A DNA stretch of 64,000 nucleotides from a virus: positions 32,001 to 96,000 of the IMG/VR virus record IMGVR_UViG_3300020391_000003; one strand, 5' to 3'. Positions 57,592 to 64,000 of the stretch are shown here, one piece after another (position 1 is the first letter of the stretch; each line of letters starts with the position of its first letter). Both the position numbers and the translations under genes were made by a program. The notes below the pieces were generated by a model. The model was not told where the DNA came from. It worked only from the letters and a program-made list of their open reading frames with translations, and searched no databases.

Positions 57592-58005
57592 ATGAGCGGA
57601 GAAGCACATTCAGTATTTTTTAGAAGGACTAATAAAACAAAAGAGTCCAATAGTCAATTATGTAAAATTTTTGAAAGAATTATCTTGGCATCACCTGTCA
57701 AGAAGCACATGAAGTTCTATCCCGACCATCTAGGTCAAGTTGAACTCTACCAAAAAGGTGGAGAAAATGTACCTAAATGGATGGAAAAAGATTTGCGATT
57801 CAATGGAACTTTCGAGTTGCACATATCAACTTATGAGTCTTGGTATGAAGATGGAGACATCTACGAATCTTTTGATCGAGCAGATAGTTTTGTTTCTTTA
57901 GCCAAAAAATTTGCAGAACAATATAACCTAAATTATTATCCTAGAGGAGTTTACGACTTAGAAAAAGAATCAGAAAAAAAAGACTTGACACTTTTTCAGA
58001 AGTAG
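57592..58005 (+). CDS. Hypothetical protein
   Basis: MSGEAHSVFF...; start moved to ATG 57592. Confidence 0.6.
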   Translation: MSGEAHSVFFRRTNKTKESNSQLCKIFERIILASPVKKHMKFYPDHLGQVELYQKGGENVPKWMEKDLRFNGTFELHISTYESWYEDGDIYESFDRADSFVSLAKKFAEQYNLNYYPRGVYDLEKESEKKDLTLFQK

Positions 58006-58013
58006 TTTAAGCT
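57985..58013 (+). promoter_or_regulatory. Sigma70-type promoter, ATG 6 nt after -10
   Basis: TTGACA-N17-TAAGCT, ATG at 58020. Confidence 0.7.
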
Positions 58014-58019
58014 TATGGC

Positions 58020-58256
58020 ATGATTGATTTTATTGCAGACATGAACGCTTCGATTGCGAAGCATGAAAAAGAGTTGGCATCACAACCTCGCAAGGGTATG
58101 ATGGTCTATTTAGATAAAAGCACTCCAATTTTAGTGCAGTACGCTAGTGCGGAGAGTTTCAACAAGGCAAAGTCTATGACCTCAAGGAAAGGTCAATCGA
58201 GTTGCTTGCGTAATGTCTTGGATGGTAATGGAAGCCTACAAGCAAAAAAGTTTTAA
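58020..58256 (+). CDS. Hypothetical protein
   Basis: Intact ORF behind promoter. Confidence 0.55.
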   Translation: MIDFIADMNASIAKHEKELASQPRKGMMVYLDKSTPILVQYASAESFNKAKSMTSRKGQSSCLRNVLDGNGSLQAKKF

Positions 58257-58263
58257 TTTTTTC

Positions 58264-58292
58264 TTGACAAACTAATTTTTTTATCGTAGAAT
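58264..58292 (+). promoter_or_regulatory. Sigma70-type promoter for rIIA (leadered)
   Basis: TTGACA-N17-TAGAAT, ATG 31 nt downstream. Confidence 0.75.
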
Positions 58293-58323
58293 ATATTCTT
58301 ACTTAACAAAAACCCAAACTAAA

Positions 58324-60612
58324 ATGATTATTGCAGAAAACAAACAAAAGAAAGTTGTAAGCTCACATGACTTTGATTCGGTGAGTTGTACTATTGATGC
58401 AGAAGATATGCGTTATGTTGCATCTCTTCTCAGAAACAATTACTCTAATACGCAACTTGCGGTCATTAGAGAGATTAGTGCGAACGCACTAGACGCAAAC
58501 CTAGAGGCAAATTCAAAGCGTAAAATTGAAGTCTCTCTACCAACTCGTATGCAATCTAATTTTTGCGTTCGTGATTTTGGCGGTGGACTAAGCAAAGAAG
58601 ATGTCTTTGGATTGTACTCCAAGTATGGCAAGTCTACCAAAAGACAATCGAACAATTATATTGGTGCATTTGGAATCGGCAAATTTGCCCCTTTGTCTTA
58701 CGGAGAAAATTTCACTTGCGTTTCATATCATGGTGGAATGAAAACTTCCTACAACATTTTTGTCAACGAAGAAGATGACACTAAGATTGTCGAACTGCAT
58801 CAAGAACCTAGTGCTGAACCAACAGGTTTGTGCATCGAAGTTGCAATTTCTGATTCGGATATTGAAAAGTTTCGAGATACTTGCCAAAAGTTTTTCAAGT
58901 TCTTTCCCGAAAAAGATATGCCCAAGTTTCTTGGTGTTGAATCTAATTTTATAGAAAAACAAAAGATATTACTTTCTAGCAAGAAAGACGATTGGTTTTT
59001 CTTGGAAAGCTCAAATACTCGTTATTATGGATATGGAAATTCTAGTCGTTCTCATGTTATCATGGGCAGAGTTTCATATCCTCTCGATCCTAATGCGATT
59101 GATGTAAAGAATTATGTAAAAGATGATCGACAAATTAATATCATCGAATCTTTATTGCAAGAATCAAATTTTTATTTGCGAGTACCATTGGGTTGCGTAA
59201 AGTTGCATCATAGCAGAGAAGCATTGGAATACAACAAACCAACACAAAAGTTTATTGTGCAACTTATGCTAGAAGTGGTGCAAGAAATTCAAGCAATCGC
59301 AAAAGAAAAACTTGCCGATTCAGCAGATTTATTTCAAGCAAAAGCTAATTATGCTAAAATTATAAATTCTATGCCCGATTCTTTGCAAAGAGCATTTAGA
59401 AATTCTTTTGAATGGAACGGAATAAAGATTGATTCTTTTGGATTTAGTCGTCCATATGGAATGACAGATGATCTTGTTTTGACTCTAACCGAAAAGATTT
59501 CTGATCGTGATGCTCGTAATGGATTCAAAGTTAAAAGTCACAAAGTATCCAATATTAATTGCAGAGATAATGTTATTTTTCTTGTGCAAGATATTGAATC
59601 TTCTCATGGCAATAACCTTAGAGCAAGAACTCTGTTTAATCAAGATTCTAATTTACAAGATATATATTTTATTCATGCAAAAACCGATACTGCACAAAGT
59701 GTTATTGACAACGAATGGAATTTCAATTTGATTGACGATTCTCATATCAAGTATTGCTCTAATGTTGCCAAAGAAAAACCTCAAATTGGAGTCAGAAAAG
59801 GTAGTGGAAGTCGAGCAAACATTCCTTTGTTTGAAATGAAAGATGATAAAGGTGGATATGGTTATCGCAACATTGATTATTGGTCTAATGTTGCGGATGA
59901 TATTTCTGTCTTGCAGTCTCAAAAAAATCCCAAGGGATTGGTCAACGGAAAGTATATTTATGTTCCAATCAAGAATTACAAGATTGACCACAAGAGTTTG
60001 GACTTGGATGCAGTCTACAAAAGAGCAAGTGGTATTCGTAAACTTGCCCAAGATAAATCGCAAGAAAAATCTTTTCGATTATTTGGAGTTAGAAGTGGAG
60101 ATGTATCCAAGTTGGACAAAAGTCTTTGGTTATCATTCTTTGATTTCTATGCAGATTTTGCAAAGACCTATCTCAAGTTAAATTTGAAGTCTGCCAAGAC
60201 ATCTTATGGAAGCATTATGGCATCAAAAGATTCACAACTTCATACGCTTATGAATGAAGTCAGATATGATATTGGTGCAATTTTCAACAACAATAATGTA
60301 AAATTGGATTCTCTAGGTGAAGATCATCTTATATTTCAATCGAAGAAAAAATATAATACAATTATCCATGACAATGAATCTCCAACTTGCAGATCATACA
60401 TTGTATACTTGCTTGCAAACGGACATCAAGATTGGGTTGACTTCAACTTCAACGGATCATTTTCTGCCAAGCAAATGAAGAAAGATATTAATGCAATTAT
60501 TTCTACTTATCCGATGCTCACTTATGTTGGCTCAAGTGTAAATAATTACAGAGGAACTCCCAAGGTATACCAACAAATTATCGACTACATACAAATGGTA
60601 GACAAAAATTAA
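58324..60612 (+). CDS. rIIA: rIIA-like protein (GHKL ATPase N-terminus)
   Basis: AVIREISANALDA, VRDFGGGL, YGKSTK, IGAFGIGKFAP; followed by rIIB-like gene. Confidence 0.88.
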   Translation: MIIAENKQKKVVSSHDFDSVSCTIDAEDMRYVASLLRNNYSNTQLAVIREISANALDANLEANSKRKIEVSLPTRMQSNFCVRDFGGGLSKEDVFGLYSKYGKSTKRQSNNYIGAFGIGKFAPLSYGENFTCVSYHGGMKTSYNIFVNEEDDTKIVELHQEPSAEPTGLCIEVAISDSDIEKFRDTCQKFFKFFPEKDMPKFLGVESNFIEKQKILLSSKKDDWFFLESSNTRYYGYGNSSRSHVIMGRVSYPLDPNAIDVKNYVKDDRQINIIESLLQESNFYLRVPLGCVKLHHSREALEYNKPTQKFIVQLMLEVVQEIQAIAKEKLADSADLFQAKANYAKIINSMPDSLQRAFRNSFEWNGIKIDSFGFSRPYGMTDDLVLTLTEKISDRDARNGFKVKSHKVSNINCRDNVIFLVQDIESSHGNNLRARTLFNQDSNLQDIYFIHAKTDTAQSVIDNEWNFNLIDDSHIKYCSNVAKEKPQIGVRKGSGSRANIPLFEMKDDKGGYGYRNIDYWSNVADDISVLQSQKNPKGLVNGKYIYVPIKNYKIDHKSLDLDAVYKRASGIRKLAQDKSQEKSFRLFGVRSGDVSKLDKSLWLSFFDFYADFAKTYLKLNLKSAKTSYGSIMASKDSQLHTLMNEVRYDIGAIFNNNNVKLDSLGEDHLIFQSKKKYNTIIHDNESPTCRSYIVYLLANGHQDWVDFNFNGSFSAKQMKKDINAIISTYPMLTYVGSSVNNYRGTPKVYQQIIDYIQMVDKN

Positions 60613-60613
60613 C

Positions 60614-60642
60614 TTGACAAACTATAAAAAATCAACTATACT
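60614..60642 (+). promoter_or_regulatory. Sigma70-type promoter, ATG 6 nt after -10
   Basis: TTGACA-N17-TATACT, ATG at 60649. Confidence 0.85.
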
Positions 60643-60648
60643 ATAATT

Positions 60649-61731
60649 ATGAAAAAAGTACCATATCAATTAAGCGAAAGTTCAATTACTATTTTTTGGG
60701 AAGGCAAACCTTATACCCTTCGCAAAGATCATCCTAATTTTGTGCTTGCTCGTCAAGCAATCTTTGATGCAAGGTATGAAGACCTTGGTAGTCTTCTTGA
60801 CATCAAGAAGTCAGTCGAAAACTTTATCGAAGGAGATATTGAAGTCAAAGATGAAGTTGTTTATTACAAAGGTCATCGTTTGCATGGAGTTGTTGTAGAC
60901 AAGCTCATAGAAATGCTTCGTCTTGGCATGAAAGATTCTGCTCCTTTGGTCAACTTTATTCAAAGGTTGCAGTCGAATCCATCTGCCAATTCAGTAAATG
61001 AACTTTATACTTTTCTAAGTTACAAGTCATTGCCTAATGATGAAGATGGCATGGTGTTGGGCTACAAAGGAGTACAAGGAAACTTTTGGAGTCAAACAGG
61101 AAATAGAGATACCATTGTTGTGCAAGGCAAGACCAATGAAAGACATCAAATCTATAACGGAGTTGGTGAAACCATCGAGGTTGCTCGTAGATGCGTAGAT
61201 GACAACAAAGACAATCATTGTTCCTTTGGACTTCATGTCGGCTCATACGATTATGCAAATAATTGGGCAGGAGAAGATGGAAAATTACTTGTTGTAAAAT
61301 TTGATCCTTCTGATGCAGTTAGTGTTCCTACTGATTGCGATTTTCAAAAGCTGAGAGTCAGCAAATACGAAGTAATCGCAGACATCACAGATAGTCGTAC
61401 AGAGCTTTTTAAACCTGTCTACGAGGCTAATAAGCCTATCTACGGATCAGACGATGATTACGATGCTTGTTGCGATGATAAAGATGAATATGGCGATTGC
61501 GATTGCGATGAAGAAGCTGATCTCGACTCTCTTGCTATTCGCAACTATGTTGAGAACAAACATGAGAATGAACAAAATCCTACTCTCAAGCAAATTCAAA
61601 GCAGAATGAAAGGTTCTGAACTGACTTGCGGAGAAATCCTTGACATTGTTAGAGATTTTGGATATTATGTATGTGAGAATTATGGTTCACCTAGATCATT
61701 GTGGATTGTCGAACCAAACCCTAATCAATAA
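60649..61731 (+). CDS. rIIB: rIIB-like protein
   Basis: NPSANSVNELYTFL, LGYKGV, DDNKDNHCSFGLHVGSYDYA, VVKFDPSDAVSVP.D...KLRVSKYEV. Confidence 0.9.
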   Translation: MKKVPYQLSESSITIFWEGKPYTLRKDHPNFVLARQAIFDARYEDLGSLLDIKKSVENFIEGDIEVKDEVVYYKGHRLHGVVVDKLIEMLRLGMKDSAPLVNFIQRLQSNPSANSVNELYTFLSYKSLPNDEDGMVLGYKGVQGNFWSQTGNRDTIVVQGKTNERHQIYNGVGETIEVARRCVDDNKDNHCSFGLHVGSYDYANNWAGEDGKLLVVKFDPSDAVSVPTDCDFQKLRVSKYEVIADITDSRTELFKPVYEANKPIYGSDDDYDACCDDKDEYGDCDCDEEADLDSLAIRNYVENKHENEQNPTLKQIQSRMKGSELTCGEILDIVRDFGYYVCENYGSPRSLWIVEPNPNQ

Positions 61732-61748
61732 TTTAATTACAAAATAAA

Positions 61749-62000
61749 ATGAATACAACTACAAACAATGCGGTGTTGCTTGATACAATCTCCCAAGCAA
61801 ATGAAGCTCAAGTAGATTCTATTTGGGCTATTCTAAAATACAAAGAAATTGGAATCTATCGAAAGATTGCTTGCATCTGCGAAGTATTAAACCTAGACTT
61901 TCAAGAAAGTCTTAATGATCTTCCTCAAGACGAAGAAGGTAGAATACTAGATTACAAAACAAGACATCTTATTCACGATACTCTTATTGGAGTTTCCTAA
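61749..62000 (+). CDS. Hypothetical protein
   Basis: Intact ORF. Confidence 0.55.
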   Translation: MNTTTNNAVLLDTISQANEAQVDSIWAILKYKEIGIYRKIACICEVLNLDFQESLNDLPQDEEGRILDYKTRHLIHDTLIGVS

Positions 62001-62413
62001 TGAGCCTAAAACGAAGTGAAGCCTTGAGCCTTTACTTTGAGTTAGAAAAAAATACCGAAAAATTTATTCAAGCAATACAAGAAAAAGGCTTTAGGCTAAT
62101 TGCGGTAGGAAGTTACAAATCAGTTTATTCAAAAAATAAATCAAGTTATGTTATAAAGGTTGCTACATCATTGAATGATGAAAATTCAGATGTTCCAAAT
62201 AATATAAAAGATTTTTATGTTAAACCATTTTTTATTGATGAACGAATTGTAATACAGAAAAAAGCTAAAACAAATACATCACAACTTAATTTTAAAAAAA
62301 TATGCAGTAAATTAGGAGACAAGGTTTGTCAGCACTTGGACATAACTCCACAAAATTGTGGATCAATTAAAGGCAGACCTGTTATTTTTGATTTTGCGGA
62401 AATGCCATGCTAA
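62000..62413 (+). CDS. Miniature protein-kinase-like fold protein
   Basis: GSYKSVY (Gly loop), YVIKV (catalytic Lys), LDITPQNCG (D-x4-N), VIFDFA (DFG-like) in 137 aa. Confidence 0.6.
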   Translation: MSLKRSEALSLYFELEKNTEKFIQAIQEKGFRLIAVGSYKSVYSKNKSSYVIKVATSLNDENSDVPNNIKDFYVKPFFIDERIVIQKKAKTNTSQLNFKKICSKLGDKVCQHLDITPQNCGSIKGRPVIFDFAEMPC

Positions 62414-62769
62414 TATCATTTGAAGACGAATCCGATGATTTCGGAGATAAGATGAGGAAATCGTTTGAACAACAAACTCTTCTTCACTTTCTTTATAAGA
62501 ATTTCTCTTTGTTTGAAAAAGCAATGGTCATTCACTCAAATAATCATAAAGGTTTATTGTATCACAAAATTCATGCGATTACTGAAGAAGACGATAATGT
62601 GTTAATTGAACTCAAAAATTCTTCCAATAAAGTTGTCGCAACCATCACACAAAATCAGCTTGCAAAAGCAAAACGAAGAGGCAAAGAAATGATTATTCCA
62701 CAATCTAGTGACAATCAACAACTTAAATTAAAATTACTTTTCTTAAAAAATATTCTTGACAATTCTTAA
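62407..62769 (+). CDS. Hypothetical protein
   Basis: Intact ORF. Confidence 0.55.
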   Translation: MLISFEDESDDFGDKMRKSFEQQTLLHFLYKNFSLFEKAMVIHSNNHKGLLYHKIHAITEEDDNVLIELKNSSNKVVATITQNQLAKAKRRGKEMIIPQSSDNQQLKLKLLFLKNILDNS

Positions 62770-62783
62770 AATCCTGTCATACT
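62756..62783 (+). promoter_or_regulatory. Sigma70-type promoter, ATG 7 nt after -10
   Basis: TTGACA-N16-CATACT, ATG at 62791. Confidence 0.6.
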
Positions 62784-62790
62784 TATAACC

Positions 62791-63552
62791 ATGAACATTG
62801 CAAAAGATACATTGAAAGAATCCACACTCGATCTGATCGAGTCTATTAACCCTGTCAACAACCTTATGCGTAACGCAAGAGCAGTTGCCAAGGTAGATCG
62901 TTTTAGAGAGCTAGATCGTTTTTTTGATCGCTTGACTCTCAAGATTGTAAAAACCGAAACTGACTATTGGGATAGCCTAAAGGTTGACTCTCATGCAGAG
63001 TGCTTCAAGCGTTGGGTATTCGCAATCATGTCTGTTCATACCACTTGGGAATCGAATGTGCGTGGATATGAATACGCAACAAGAGATATGTCTTGGACTC
63101 TTGACAAAGATGTTTTAGCCAAGATGGTTACTGATGCAAGAGTTGGCATCAACAAGCGTAGGAACATTGGTCTTTGGCAACTTGTTGAAAAGTTTCGTGA
63201 AAATCCAAATCAGTTTTACAAACAAGATGATGAGACTTGGCAAGAATGTCGCAATCGCTTAATTGGATCAATTTATGGATTAGGTAACGCAAAGACTACT
63301 TATGCCATTTCATTATCAAATCCAACCGATTCGCAACTTTGTTGCTTGGATGTTCACTTGCTTCGCTTCATGGGTCACGATCTCAAGAAGGGTCATGCAA
63401 ACTCGCTTGAATCGTATCAGCAGATGGAAAACGAGTGGCTTGCTCGTTGCAACAAGTATGGAGTTGCTCCGAATGTTGCTAGAGAAATCTATTGGAACAA
63501 AGTTCAAGGCAGAAGAAATTCACGCTATTGGAGTTACTGCTTGGAAAGCTAA
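62791..63552 (+). CDS. HhH-GPD superfamily DNA glycosylase/AP lyase-like
   Basis: IYGLGNAKT (HhH with Lys) and CCLDVHLLR (catalytic Asp). Confidence 0.75.
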   Translation: MNIAKDTLKESTLDLIESINPVNNLMRNARAVAKVDRFRELDRFFDRLTLKIVKTETDYWDSLKVDSHAECFKRWVFAIMSVHTTWESNVRGYEYATRDMSWTLDKDVLAKMVTDARVGINKRRNIGLWQLVEKFRENPNQFYKQDDETWQECRNRLIGSIYGLGNAKTTYAISLSNPTDSQLCCLDVHLLRFMGHDLKKGHANSLESYQQMENEWLARCNKYGVAPNVAREIYWNKVQGRRNSRYWSYCLES

Positions 63553-63553
63553 T

Positions 63554-64000
63554 ATGAACAACAAAGAAAAATTGGCATTACAAGACTTGATTGATTGCAC
63601 AGAGCATTATTTGCTTATTGGTCATATACAAGATCAATATGATGATGCAGAGTTAAGATTAATCGAGTATCATGTAACTTTAATGAAAAGATTTTTAACT
63701 AAAATTAAATAATAAAATGGAAACTCAATACAATATAAATCTTGGATTAACAGAAACAGACTTTCTTGAGATCAAAGATGGTGGAATAAAATTCCACTTT
63801 CTTCCTAATGAAAGCACCGACTACGATGAGAGAATCACCATTTCAATTAAAAGCGTTGAAGATGATACTCCTTTGGGTGATTGCATGAATTTAAGTGTTG
63901 ACAAGACTGAAGTTGTCGTATAGTATATAAGCATGATTGACAAAAACTTCATGGATGAATCTAAAAATTTATCAGATGATTGCTTTGAAGAAAAACTAAT
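63554..64000 (+). CDS. Small hypothetical genes (63554-63712, 63717-63923, 63933-end partial)
   Basis: Tandem same-strand ORFs; last is truncated by window. Confidence 0.5.

Noticed and set aside
1-64000. Stop-codon reassignment (alternative genetic code)
   Set aside because: Long genes read intact under code 11, and coding density is high once small ORFs are added.

Overview
A 64-kb, AT-rich segment of a large tailed dsDNA phage (siphovirus-like); no capsid, terminase or polymerase genes fall in this window. Bases 1-31769 are the tail module. It has lambda-like tail-tip genes (an in-frame gpI-gpJ fusion running off the left edge, a JAB-only gpK, gpL, a double-gpM protein), a 2202-aa tape measure protein, assembly chaperones, head-tail connectors, four tail-tube-like paralogues and three fibre proteins, the last a 2381-aa mosaic fibre with a C-terminal S74 chaperone. 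Bases 31801-64000 are an accessory/early region. It holds nucleotide metabolism genes (NDT-like, guaC, dCMP deaminase, dUTPase), a complete tmRNA, tRNA-Thr(UGU), RuvB with two PD-(D/E)XK nucleases, and a glycosyltransferase/sulfotransferase island. It also has an inverted cassette (APS kinase-nucleotidyltransferase fusion, orphan sdhC, flavodoxin-like quinone reductase), PPase, HNH, UvsE, rIIA/rIIB, a miniature kinase-like gene, an HhH glycosylase and many small orphans. Best leads: (i) two promoter classes, sigma70 TTGACA-N17-TAnnnT and an unnamed GTGTA motif, both placed so that mRNAs would be leaderless; (ii) a nuclease-like cargo domain between IPN[FY] motifs inside the tape measure protein; (iii) a possible self-contained PAPS-supply/sulfation/glycosylation pathway; (iv) DNA-level conserved module junctions in the fibre gene; (v) a respiratory sdhC cassette. 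All family assignments come from motifs recognised by eye; no database search was run.
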